From Monocercomonoides exilis PA203 (taxonomy: Eukaryota; Protista; Preaxostyla): a stretch of DNA of 64,000 nucleotides. Positions within the stretch are counted from its first letter, which is position 1. The number at the start of each line of letters is the position of its first letter. The position numbers and the translations under genes were made by a program. Shown here one piece after another: positions 1 to 12,399 of the stretch. The stretch is taken from contig LSRY02000042.1 in NCBI GenBank assembly GCA_001643675.2, forward strand, positions 682,001 to 746,000, given 5' to 3'. The notes beneath the pieces are model-generated. The model made no database searches. It was given only the letters and a program-made list of their open reading frames with translations, and was not told where the DNA came from.

Positions 1-1190
1 CCAGGCAGCTTATTGTGTCATCATTATTCACTGTTGATCCACGAACATCCTCAAAAAAGAAACTTATTACTCCTCCACTTAAAATATCTTCTATGCAGAT
101 GCGCTTTTTATACATTATAGATTTAAAAAGATGAATGCACTTATCAGCTGTTGTTTTTTTGTGCTTCTTCATTCTTCTGCATGTGCATACGAGGCAAGAA
201 ATCACTTCAACGCAATCTGATTTGCCATTCGATGTTCTTAAAGAAAAAAATACATTAAGCACGTTTAACCATCTCATAATCACATGAGTGACTTTCTTTT
301 CTTCTTCTCCTTTTTCATTTTTCTTCAATTCCACGCATTTCGACAGTTCTGCCAATTCTTGTACCGCCTCTCTCGCAAAATGAAGCTCATTAGCAATCAC
401 ATATTCCAAACTACTTTCGAAGAAAAATCTGTTGATCAAAAATTGCCAAGCAGACTGATAGGCAAGTTGTGTCAGGTTGTGATGTTCCTGATGATAATGA
501 ATGATTTTTTTGACTTCATTGATATACATGATTTTGTTCACTTTCTAAAAAGTACATAAATTGATAAAACATATGAATGCATGTCCATTGATCTCAAAAA
601 GCCATCATACAATATTGTTAGGGAAGCAGCTCAAAGCCAGCAAATCTATTTCGGTTTCCTTTTGTTTTCCCTCGCTTTTATCATTGCATAAAGCAACTTT
701 CATAAGGCAAGACGCGCAAACTGGAATCAATTCATCTCTCATCTTTATTTCATTTTCAAAAAGCATGAAGCAGCATTCGCAAAGATCAATCAACAATTTT
801 TCCCTTCTTTCTTCTTTTTTCTTTAATTCCATTAAAATTAAGCTTTCAAATTTTTCACTCAATGAAGAAAAGCAAAAAGAACTGTTGTATATGTCTTTCA
901 TCACTTTGCAATATCCAATCTGTTTTATCAGCGAAATGGCATTTTCCAAAGATAAGTTCTTTGTTTCAATCATTAAATTAATTCTATTTAATATGTCTGA
1001 ATCCAAAATTGAACACAATTCATTTCCGTTCATTTTTATAATCAATGTAATCATTTCTTCAACTTTCGCTTTTCGTTCAATCAAAGGAGTTTTTCCAATC
1101 TGCAGCAAAATATCTAATTGAAAATGTATTTTTTTCAAAAGTTACCGTTCAATTGAAAAGGAAAGTGGATGGGTACAAACTCATAAACAT
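1..1190 (-). CDS. Expanded helical/ARM-like family member, copy 1 (3' end beyond window edge)
   Basis: ORF 605..1138 has family motifs LLIDLCEC and KETEIDLLALS. A GT-AG intron at 610..545 joins to KVNKIMYINEVKKIIHYHQEHHNLTQLAYQSAWQFL...ELHFAREA...IMRWLN...SGGVISFFFEDV, which stays open to base 1. The short first exon (ATG 1190, donor 1180) is tentative. Confidence 0.8.
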
Positions 1191-1522
1191 TTTTGATGAT
1201 GAGCACTTGAAAAATACAAGTGTTCATATTTCAATTCGAATTGCAAAAATTATAATTTTATTCGGTAAATCATTTTTTGAATTTGATTTTCTCAAAAAAC
1301 TTTAGCAATTAAAATGCAAACCTTTTCTAATTTCTTGCTTGCAATCATTTTGTTCAGTTAACTGAATATAACCCAAATGCAAAAAATGGTCCAAAAAGAT
1401 CAGGTGATTTCTTAATATTGTAAAATTCATTAACGTTTATAGCTTTAATATCATTTATTTTTAACTATTCAAGTGGTATTGATTGAACATTTATTGATTT
1501 ATTTTTCAAAAAAGTTCAAAAA

Positions 1523-1783
1523 ATGGGTGATTATTTTTGAAATCATATTTTTTCATTTCTAATTTTCGGTTCGAAAATTTTCATTAAATGCCAGTAAACG
1601 AACACTGAAAATTGAACAGGCTAATCCAAGAAATGTTTTTCTTTATTTTAGCTCAAATTTTTTGCTTTTGTAACATAAAAAATTATTTTCTCATTTGAAT
1701 TCAAAATCTTTTATGAGTGACAAAGAACCTTAAAAAACCAACAACCCGAAAAAAGTTATGATTTCAAGAATTATTACCCAAAT
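1523..1783. mobile_element. ~260-bp MITE-like element with terminal inverted repeats, copy 1
   Basis: Ends are ATGGGTGATTATTTTTGAAATCATA and TATGATTTCAAGAATTATTACCCA. A diverged copy lies inverted at 2487..2747. An 11-bp direct repeat GTTCAAAAAAT occurs at 1514-1524 and 1784-1794. Confidence 0.6.
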
Positions 1784-1850
1784 GTTCAAAAAATATTATT
1801 TAAAATATTATTAAAAAAGTTGTTCATTTCATCTCATGAATATATATATA

Positions 1851-2260
1851 TATAGTTAGCGTTAAAAATGGTGGACACTTTCAATAACTGTGGGCAGTCG
1901 AATTTTCTCAACAACCTTTAAAAGTCGCATTTTGACAATAAACCCAATTATTCCCTCAATGAATGCAAGCTTTTGGAACACACATTAATGAAACAACTTT
2001 CACTGAAGAATTTAGAAATAAACATCTTCAATTTTTGGAGAAACATGAATAATCTTATATCTCCGAATTTCTCTGAAAATTGAAAATGTTTATTTCTAAA
2101 TTCTTCAGAGAAAGTTGTTTCATTAATGTGTGTTCCAAAAGCTTGCATTCATTGAGGGAATAATTGGGTTTATTGTCAAAATGCGACTTTTAAAGGTTGT
2201 TGAGAAAATTCGACTGCCCACAGTTATTGAAAGTGTCCACCATTTTTAACGCTAACTATA
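1851..2260. mobile_element. 410-bp near-perfect palindrome (foldback/MITE-like element)
   Basis: 1851-2043 is the reverse complement of 2068-2260 with only ~4 mismatches and a ~24-nt loop. Ends are TATAGTTAGCG...CGCTAACTATA, adjoining a (TA)n run on the left. Confidence 0.8.
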
Positions 2261-2486
2261 CAAACTGCTTTTGACCTTTGATCAAACTTTTGTTATTATG
2301 ATGATTTCTAGACAATAAGAAATTTATTATATTTAACTTTTAATACACATTTTTATCATTATGTTTATTTTTCAAATGGGGGAAAATACGGACTTTCAAG
2401 TTTTTCATGCACAATCATAAAAAAAATTGTTTCACTCATAACTTTATTTCGCTTTCTCAGATTTTGAAATAAATTTGATTATCATA

Positions 2487-2747
2487 TGGGTGATTATTTT
2501 TGAAATCATAACTTTTTTCGGGGTGTTGATTCTTTAACTGTATCATTAATTTGTAAAAAGTATTTTCAAACAAACGAATGACAGACAACAATAATTTTCT
2601 GAAACAATGTTTTCGATTCAATGCTTGATGAAATTGTCTCTATTTGGAGTATTGACTTTTAAGCGTTCATTTTTATATATTTAAAGATAATTTTTCAACC
2701 GAAAATTTTAACAGAAAAAATATGAATTCAAAAATAATCACCCATAT
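2487..2747. mobile_element. ~260-bp MITE-like element, copy 2 (inverted relative to 1523..1783)
   Basis: Ends are ATGGGTGATTATTTTTGAAATCATA and TATGAATTCAAAAATAATCACCCAT. The internal sequence aligns by eye with the reverse complement of copy 1. Confidence 0.6.
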
Positions 2748-2771
2748 CCGAAAACAGGCATCGTTGAAATC

Positions 2772-2812
<41 letters not shown>

Positions 2813-3372
2813 CTTGAGATGTGATTTGTATTTGATATGATGGACCTGTTTTGTTTATATTTTTCGATAACAAAAGGTTAACAAAAGTGCCTCATTTTTC
2901 TGAGAAAATGTTTGAATTTTCATATTTTCCCTCAAATGAAAAAAAAAAGAAAAGGCTGATTGCGTAACTTTTGATCTCAGCACCTGATTGATTATTCCTT
3001 TTATTAATCCATGTAATTATGAAATAGTGGATTTTTTGTCACAAACAAAATCTATAACAAAATTATGGGTGGAACATAATTTAGAAAAAAATTTTTCCCC
3101 ATTTCAGTTTGTTTGATCAAGGTTCAAAAATTGCTTTTCAAAAGTTTGAAAAGCCAAGATCATTTGTTTTTTGTGGTTTCTTTTATTTTGTAAATACCAG
3201 AATTATTGAAGTTTGAGAGCTGAGAGTTTTTTTTTTTTTTTTGAAAAGCGATTTTTTTGTAATTTTATGATTGTATTTGATTACCTGGAATATTATCAAC
3301 GAATCGATCGTATTTCTTATTAACAGGATGGATATGAAGATTTGTTGTAAGCCAGTTCGTGATATTTCGAAG

Positions 3373-4769
3373 ATGCCATTAGCGGAAAGATTTTCCAGTT
3401 TGTTCATGTTTTTCTTTTGCTAATTTGAATATTTTTGAAAAATATTTTAACACATAAAAGTGTTGATTTCGATGCTTAGTATATGTAGCGAAGCACAGCA
3501 GATGGTTACAATCATAGAATTAAACGCAATGATGGAAAAAATGGAAAAAACTGAACTTAATGATGCTTTAACAGTTGAACTGTTTAACAAAATCAATGGA
3601 ATGATTGGCGGAAACAAAATAATTCCAAATGAAGCTATCATCTTGATAAAGCAAATCGGATATTGGAAAGCAATGAAAATCATCTCAAATTGTAATTTCA
3701 AATCTTCTTTATTGAGCAAAAGATTTGAACTGATGATTTCTGAAGAAAAGAACGAAAAGATTCTAGCTGATCTTTGTGAATGCTATCTTTTGCTTTATGA
3801 TAGCCACATTAGCGAAGAAATGAATTCGACATGCTTGTCTTACCTTCTGAAAGTTGCATCAGACAAAGAGGAAAGTCCAGAAGCACAAAAGGAAGTGGAA
3901 CTGGCGTTGTTGGCGCTGAGTGAAGCCAGTCGAGTGATGGTTCGACTTTTTTAATTTTGCTTTAAATTTTTTTTTGATTTTTTTATTCTTTTGAACAGAG
4001 AGTTAAACAAGAAGATCATCTGACCGAAGTGGTGAAAATCATTGTTTATCATGAAGAGCATCACAATCTGACTAAATTAGCATTTCAGTCAGCTTGGCGA
4101 CTTATGATCTTCAACTTGCCCAACGATGTTGGGTTGCAATTTATTGTTGTGAATATGATGAATTTTGCAGGAGTGGCGAAAAGAGAACTGGAAGAGCTGG
4201 CAAAAAGTTTGGAATGGAAGAGGAAAAAAGAGGGAAAAGAGAAGAGCGGAGCAGAAACAGGAGCAGCACAACTGATGATACGGTGGTTTGTTGTGATAGA
4301 CACTTTCTTTGTTTCATGCAGCTTATTTGACAAAGAATACAGCGAATTGATCCGTTTCATTGTTGAGCTGTACAGAGCAGCAAGAGAGAATGAACGAGAA
4401 ATACTGGACAGGTGCAATTTTGTATTATTTTTGGTATCGCACAAGCTCAACATTGGAATCGATACTTTGATGGAGTGTGGGGTTTTGGATGTGATTTCAG
4501 AGGAGCTTCTGCAGCTGAATTTGGAAGACAAGGTGATTAGAGATTGCCTGTCGATCTATTTGCATATAACAAGAAGATTGAGCAGTAAATGTGAAGATGA
4601 AACTGAAGAAGAGAAAAGAAAGATAATCAAAAAGAAGATGGCAGAAAAAATAGAGGAAGAAGGATTGGAAGATGTTATCACAAGCCTTCATGAAACATTT
4701 GATTATTATAACAGAGAATACGATGCTTATTTATCGTTGAACATTTCTGAATACTTTGTGAATCTTTGA
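3373..4769 (+). CDS. Expanded helical/ARM-like family member, copy 2 (intact, 3 exons)
   Basis: Exons 3373-3397 (MPLAERFS), 3461-3939 and 3999-4769; both GT-AG introns preserve frame. Motifs ILADLCECY, QKEVELALLALS, YHEEHHNLTKLAFQSAW, EEEGLED, ISEYFVNL. Confidence 0.85.
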
Positions 4770-4799
4770 GGAATATAAATATTTTGCGCTTTGTAACTC

Positions 4800-4907
4800 A
4801 AAAAAAAAAAAAAAAAAAAAAGAAAAAAAGAAAAAAAGAAAAAGAAAAAAGAAAAGAAAAAGAAAAAAAAAAGAAAAGAAAAAGAAAAGAAAAAGAAAAA
4901 AAAAAGA

Positions 4908-4995
<88 letters not shown>

Positions 4996-5050
4996 GAAAG
5001 AAAAGAAAAAAGAAAGAAAGAAAGAAAGAAAGAAAAAGAAAAAGAAAAAT
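4800..5050. repeat. Poly(A)/AAAAG tract plus (AAT)n microsatellite
   Basis: Directly visible: A-run from 4800, AAAAG units, ~27 AAT units at 4908-4991. Confidence 0.95.
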
Positions 5051-6509
5051 TATTATTAATTTATTATTTATTTTATTTTATTTTCTATTTTTTTTTATCA
5101 CTTCATAATTTGATAAATATTTGTGGCTTTTGTGGAAATTTTCGAGAAGGATTATTTTCTATGGAATATTAAAAGATAACTAAATTATATTATCAACAAA
5201 TGTGTTTAATTTCAAAACATTTTATAATCACTCAAATAACAATTATCACTTCCATTATTGAGAAAAGTCATTATGCATTTCTTCTTTCTTTATCTTAAGC
5301 AAACTCTTTTCATCTGCGAAATCTTCTTCATCTCTTTGAACCTTTGAAACACCAAAGGAATTCAGAAGAGCGAAGTTGACAGAGAATGAGAGCTGTCCCT
5401 ATTAAATAAACGAAAATGAGAAGAAGTTGAAACATCCTTCTTTCAAACAGCAGGAACAGAAAAAGCTGAAAAGAAAAGTGATAATACAGAAAAATGTTTC
5501 AATTTGCAATCAGTTTTTCAAAGAAGCAAATGAATGAATATCGTTGAAAAAAAGTGTCTTTGGAATGCCAATTTCATGATCTTCAAGATGAATGTTCAAC
5601 ATCCCTCTCAAGTCTTCAAAAAAGCCGATGCTTGGCAAACACAACACAAAACTCTAAGTTTTTCTTGTTTATGTGTTTATCATTTCAATTGTTTCCAAAT
5701 GATAAGTCAACCGTATTTCATTCACAATGAATGAAAATAAAAAGACCAATTATTGAATTTTCTCAATTCATATGAAAATATCATCGGGCCATTCATAGCT
5801 TGTTGAGAAATTGAATCCCTTTCATTTTGATGAGTGATATTTGATGTTTCTCTTTCTCTTTCTTTCTTTCTTCTTTTCACTATTTTCAGCATTTCCTCAA
5901 TAATTTTTTGTTGACTTTCTGCTTCAAACATAAATAAGTTAAAGTGAAACAGAGAAAGACAACTTTTGAAAGATATGCTTGAACAAAACAGTGGAGTTGA
6001 GGAATTCTCTTGAAAAATGAAGAATTCGGAATTGTGTTGAAATTCAGTTCTCTCTTGAATTAATTTGTTTGGACTGATTGAGTCGTAGAAAGCAATGATG
6101 AGCGAATGGAATATGATGATTGTTTGAAGTGAATTTTGGAGAAGAATGGCAATAATCAACCATTCAATTCAGTTTGGCATATTTTTTCTTATTTTCATCT
6201 TTTTTTGTGTGTGTTTGTGTTCTTCTGATTAGCTTGATTGCCAAAATCCTTCAAACACTCCTCAATTTCCTCTCTTTCTCTTTCTCACTCGCTTTCGTTC
6301 TCCTTCATCCACCTTTTCTTCACTTGTTTCACTCAGATATTCTTTCATCCAAAAACTCTTTTCACCATAAACCTTCAAAAGGCATTAGCACAATGTATTT
6401 TTCTCCATAAATCCAGAAGCTTCTTCCTCTTCTCAGACTTGTCTCTCTTTCGTTATCCTTTTCCATTTTTTTTATGAATTCTTCCAAAGGTTCAAATCCT
6501 ATTTTTTCT

Positions 6510-7128
6510 GACTCTTTTCCAAATCCATTCAAACCCTCTCCCTTCAACAGAACTTTTCGCAAAATCAATTCAAAAAGTTAAAAATGACAGCAGCAAACTT
6601 TCAGAAAGGTTGAAGCCTGCTTCAATGTTGTATTCTTCAGACAATGTTTTGTTTCCTCATCAAAAATTCATTTTTCATTATTTTTTCAAAACTCTTTCAC
6701 AAAGCTTCACCAACCATTCCTTTTCAGCCATATCCCACATTTGAATGAGTTGCTTTCCAACTTTCCAAATAAGTAAGACTTTTTTTTCTTTCTCAAGAAA
6801 TGTTTACGCCAGACGCACTATCAATCCATTTGTTCTGTTTCATTTAATATGTCCTTTACTGCATTCAAGAAATATTCTCCGAAGAAAAGAAGATATTCTC
6901 CTTTTTTTGAAACAAATCTGATTTTTTTGTCAATACAAATGAGATGGATGAAAATATCTTCACAATGAATTGAATAATAATAAATGCAAACATTTGTTGA
7001 TTTTCATATTTATTAAATAATTGTTGTGAATACTTTATCAAACAAATAATATAATAATCAGACAGAATTTAATGGTTTGCATCGTCTTTCCTGTGATTCT
7101 GTCAATCCAAGGTATTTCTGGAATATAT
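6510..7128. repeat. ~620-bp dispersed repeat, inverted copy of 27085..27710
   Basis: For example CCTTCAACAGAACTTTTCGCAAAATCAATTCAAAAAGTT at 6541 is the reverse complement of ~27635-27673. About 90% identity by eye over the block. Confidence 0.9.
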
Positions 7129-7418
7129 CGCAGTTAGTGATCACTCACCAAACATTCATTTTCATGTTCATTTTTCAGTTCAAAGAAACTATTTTGATCT
7201 ATGAACCCATAACAACAAAAATTTATTTTTAAAACTCATTCTTTCTCCGTTATTGATTGCCAAAAATACAAATGCTAAAAACGACGGTATGAGTGTTGAT
7301 ATTATTATTTCTGTATTGAGTTTCAAATTATACACAAACTTTATTTTATCAAACATGAACACTTTCAATGTAAATGATATAAATTGCTTTGTTTTCTGAA
7401 TGAAATAAATTTTCAAAA

Positions 7419-8031
7419 ATGCAGGAGACAGACAACACAAAAAAATTCAATGGTGTGCATTCACTGTAGCATGTGAATTCTTATTGATTGAATTTCTTTC
7501 TTTCTTACTTTTTTATTGAAGAATTGTTCAATGAACTGAAGATTGCGATGAGGAAGATCAAAGACAGAAAATCATTGAAATGAGCAAAGTGTTGGAAAGG
7601 ATGGACAAAGGAGATTTCTATTTTATTTTCACGAAAACGCTGTTCGACAAAATATCCATAATGATTGAAGAAAATAAAATATCAATTAATAAAACAGCGA
7701 TGATGTTGAAACATGTTGGATATTACAGAGCATTAAAGCGATTAGACACATTTTGTTTTGAAAGATCTTCATTGAATCAACGATTTGAAGAGATGATAAT
7801 AGAAGAAGAAAAGAAAAAGGAAGAGAAAAATGAAAAACTTTTAATTTTTCTTTGCGAATGCTATCTCACATTAAATAAATATCCTTCTTCGAAATTCATA
7901 TTGGTCTGTGTTCCCTGTCTTCTGAAAGCTGCATTGAAGAAAGGGAACGATGAGAATACTCAAGAGGAAATCGAAATGGCTTTGCTGGCTTTGAGACAAG
8001 TTGAGGAATATGATGTTTGTTTTCATTTGGA

Positions 8032-8068
<37 letters not shown>

Positions 8069-8893
8069 TTGCAAATTGTTTTTGCTGCATTTATTATTAT
8101 TATTATTATATTTTATTAGATTATTGAAAGAGATCTTTTCTTGGATAAAATCAAAGAGATTATTCAATATCACCAGAAACATCACAACCTCACTCATGTT
8201 GCGTATCAATCTGCTTGGAAGTTTTTGATAGACAGATTTTTTAACGATAAAGTCTTGGAAAGAATTATTGTCAATGAACTTCATTTTGCAAGAGAGGCAG
8301 CAAGAGAACTAGAAGAGCTGGCAAATGGTGTGGATTGGAAGAGAGAGAAGGAAGAAAGAGGGAAAGAGGGAAAAGAGACAGAAGAAGATCAAGTCTTATT
8401 GAGATGGCTGCAAAAATTGAAACCTTATTTTATCAAATGCTAGTTGTGGAATGAAGAATTTCCTGAGCTTTTGAGCAGCATTGTTCGTGTGTATCGAGCA
8501 TCGAGGGACAATTCCAGAGAAATCAGCGAGCAGTGCATTAGTGTATTTGAAGCAGCAGCAGGCAACAGAGATATGAAAATTGATGGCCTGCTGAAAAGTG
8601 GGGCTGTTAATGTTGTCTTGGAGGAGATTCAGCGGCCAACGTTGAATGACAAGATGATATTTGATAGCTTATCATTTTTTGTTGCGATTCCATTGCGAAT
8701 GAAAGGAAAAAAGAGAGATGAAATGGAAGAAGCGAAAAGAAAGGAAACGAAAAAGAAAGTATTTGAGAAGTTGGAAGAAGAGGGATACGAAGATGAAATA
8801 ATTTGTTATTATGAAATGTTTGATTTTCTTAACGAAGAAAATGATGATGATGTATTATCATGGGACGTTTCAGACTATTTTGTAAATGCTTGA
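7419..8893 (+). pseudogene. Expanded helical/ARM-like family member, copy 3 (probable pseudogene)
   Basis: Exons 7419-7452 (MQETDNTKKFN), 7522-8014 and 8120-8893. A 1-bp deletion lies near 7538 (ELEDCDEE expected), and an in-frame TAG at 8441-8443 (KC*LWNEEF versus HCKLWNEDF in copy 4). Confidence 0.8.
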
Positions 8894-8952
8894 GTAAATG
8901 AAACATTCATTCTTTGTTTCCGAGAGTTTCAATTTTTCTTTTTTTATTTTTC

Positions 8953-8983
<31 letters not shown>

Positions 8984-9476
8984 TTTTTTTTCTATTTCAC
9001 AATTCAACAAGTTTTCATGTTTTTATTGAAGAGTTCTTTCACTCCATCAAATGGAAGCAAAGTGATTGTGAAAAAATAAATTAAATGATTGTTCAATTTG
9101 CGCTTCTCTTCTGTCTTTCTTTTCCTCTGATTAATTTATTCCATTTTTCATCAAAATTGTTAATTGACTATTTTCATAAGTACCTCCCTACGTTCGTCAT
9201 TTAATTTCTCTTTCAAACTTTCTTTTTTTTCTGTCAAATTTCTTTTGTATTTCCCATTTATTCTTTGACAATGTCATTGTGAATTTTAAGGATTGTTTGC
9301 CTCCACTTTATCCATTCAAATTTGTACTTTCAAATGCTAGCTTTGAAATGTAATTCTTGATTTCTTTCTTTTCTTTTCTTTTCTTTTTTTCTGTTCATTT
9401 TGTTCCATTTTGAAGTAATGAAAAAATAGCTTTTGAAAAAACATTTTTAACTTTCCGAATTGTGAAATGAAAAAGG

Positions 9477-9507
<31 letters not shown>

Positions 9508-9523
9508 TAAATGTTTCATTTAC

Positions 9524-10334
9524 TCAAACATTCACAAAATAGTATGAAACATTACATGCCATTCTATGTTCATAATTCATACAAAGAAAATACAGCATTC
9601 TCTTAAAGCAAAAGATGGTGTCTTCATATCCCTCTTCTTCCATCTTTTCATATATATTCCTTTTTGTTATTTTTCTTTTCGCTTCTTTCCTTTCATCATC
9701 CTCTTTTTTCAAACGATTTGAAATATTGTAGATGAATTCCAAGCTTTTAATTGTTATTCTGTCATTCATTGTTGATTTGTGAATCTCCTCCAGAAAAACA
9801 TCAACAGCCCCACTCCTCAACAAATCATCAACTGTCACACTTCTATTTCTTGCTGCTTCTTCAAGCACATTAATGCATTCTCCACTTATTTCTCTGTGAT
9901 TATCCTTTGCTATTCGAAATACCTGAACAAGGCTGTTAATTAGATCAGCAAAGTCTTCATTCCACAATTTGCAATGGCGAAAATAAACTAACAATGTTTC
10001 AATCCATTTCATTAAAAGAAGCTCTTCTTTCGTTTCTTTTCCTCCTTTCCATCCTTCTTTTCTCTTCCCATCAACACATTTCGAGAGTTCTTCCAGTTCT
10101 CTTCTTGCTTCTCTCGCAAAATGCAGCTCATTCACAATAATTTCTTCTAAACTGTTTTCAAAGATTATTCTTTTTATTAAAAACATCCAAGCTGATTGAT
10201 AGGCAATTCGTGTCAGATTGTGATGTTCCTGATGATATTCGATGATCTCCTTGATTTCATCAAGGAAAAGTTCTTTGTCCAGTTTCTTATAAAAAATAAA
10301 TAAATAAAATAAAATAAAGTGAAGAAAAAAATCG

Positions 10335-10401
<67 letters not shown>

Positions 10402-11047
10402 AGAGAGAGAGAGAGAGGAGGTAGGATATTAGTATCACAATTGGAAAAGAAGTTTTCATACGCAATATCCAGCTCCGCTTAATGCAAGCAAAGCCACTTC
10501 CACTTCTGTTTGGGCCTCTTTGTTTTCCTCTTTGTTTGATGAAGACTTCAAAAGGCAAGGAACGCAAATTGAAAGCGAGTTTAGTGGGAAACAAAAGTTA
10601 AGCAAAATGAAGCACTCAAAAAGGTCAACAAGAAGCTTCTCGTTCTTCTCTTCTTTTTTCAGTTCTTCTTCAATAATCATTTTCTTAAATCTTTGATTCA
10701 ATGAAGATCCACGAAAACTGTAATCATGTACATTTTTCAGTACATTCCAACATCCTATGCTCTTCAGCAACACAAACGCATTTTCCAAACATATTTCCTT
10801 TTCTTCAATCATTTTGTCCATTTTGTCGAACAATTCTTTTGTGAAAATTAAATTGGAATCTTTTTCGTTCATTTCAATAATCATTTCATTAATCTCTTCG
10901 ATTGTCCGTTTCTGCTTGTCAGCTGAGTTGCTGCTCAACCGGGAAAATAATTCTTCAAAAAACAAAGAAAGAAGTCCAATCAAAAAGAATTCAATGAAAC
11001 AGTGAATGCACACCAGTGAATTTTTTTGTGCTATCGATATTCTGCAT
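9524..11047 (-). CDS. Expanded helical/ARM-like family member, copy 4 (intact, 3 exons)
   Basis: Exons 11047-11014 (MQNIDSTKKFT), 10952-10462 and 10285-9524. Intron 2 contains (CT)n and a ~65-nt poly-T, which explains the poly-Phe in the ORF track. All family motifs are present. Confidence 0.85.
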
Positions 11048-12399
11048 TTTTGAAAACACATTGCATTCAAAAAAATACAAAGCAATTTTTATCATTCACA
11101 TTGAATTCGAATGTGTTTGGATAGAAGAAAGTTGCACAAATTTATTTCCCAAATAATCATGAAAATGCAAGTATTCACACCGTAGTTTTTTGCATTAATA
11201 TTTTTGTGTTGGAATAAAGGAGAAAAGCTACTCTTAACTTGAAAAAGATTAATTGTTATGGATATTCGGATCATCAGATTTGAAAGAAATTCATTTTCCA
11301 AAATAACATATGGAAATTATAGTGTATGCATTTTTTATTATTCTTATTCATTGCGAAAAAACTCATATAAATAATTTTTTCAGAGTTAAAGAATCTGATA
11401 AATTACACAAATGACCATTCCTTTGCTTTTCTGAGCAGAGCACCAGAAGAAAGCTTGATAGCGAGATATAATCAGCAAAAACGAATCACATATATTGCAT
11501 TCAATTGGAACAGGGGATGAAAATAAATTCAATCTCAAAGCATTTTGGGTAAGAGCAGAAGAAAGGGGTACCTAAAAATCTTAAAGCTAAACATCCATCC
11601 TGCATAATAATCGAGCCACATGCTATTTAAAAGATAAATAATGACAATTTTTTAGGTTTGGAGAAAAATTAGTGTGCATCAATGAATAAATCATGTAAAA
11701 AAGAAACCCAGAATATTAACTTAAAAAAAATTTTGAAGCATCACGGTTATCCACAACTTCAAAATCTTCTTTAAATGTAACACCATTGAAAAGCATGATA
11801 TTACGTCCTGTTACAAGGTATTTGACGGTTATTATTTAACTTTTCCTTTTTATATCAAACTTAATAAATGGAACAAAACATAAAAAAACTGAAAATAAAT
11901 TGGAATATGAAATTGTTTCTTTCATATTTCCTTCATAATTTTCTAATTTGATGTGTCACTTATATGCAACACATGAATGAATGTGAATTTGATTTTAATT
12001 TCAATATATAACAAGATAATGAAAAAATTTAAGTACCCCTGTTTTCTGCATTTACCGCCTTTTGATGAGAGGAAAAAGAAATGACAGCAATTGAACAGCA
12101 CTTGAAAAGAAAAAATGAAAAGATATTTTTTTTTTTCGGAAAAAAAGTGGATGAGAAGATCGAAAGCAGGATATTTGTGGGGGGAAAGGATGAATGGAGA
12201 AAGGAGCACTGAGAAATAAGGGAAAAGGAGAATGGCAGCATCAGAGATCAATAATCCTGTGCATTTGAGACTGGATTGTGATGTGTGTTTTTTTCAAAAA
12301 TTTTCGAAATCAACTCAAAACAAATTTCTTTTCTTTTTTTTAAATAGATCATATTTCCATTCCAACCAACAGTTTTTATTTCGTTGAGCATTATTGTGC

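Noticed and set aside
1948-2148. 66-aa ORF within the palindrome
   Set aside because: A chance ORF across the hairpin centre with no protein-like features.
4800-4830. Poly(A) just after copy 2 suggesting retroposition
   Set aside because: Both introns are retained, no TSD is seen, and other copies have T-rich rather than A-rich 3' flanks.
8441-8443. In-frame TAG (and TAA/TAG in the Merlin ORF) as a sign of the TAR=Gln code known from some oxymonads
   Set aside because: The aligned residue in copy 4 is Lys, multi-kb exons contain no in-frame TAA/TAG, and genes end at TAG (24037, 45951) and TAA (56358). The standard code with nonsense mutations fits better.
10286-10594. Poly-Phe N-terminus of ORF 9524..10594, poly-Ile tails (8119, 54177) and IYLF repeats (52129)
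   Set aside because: These are translations of intronic microsatellites.
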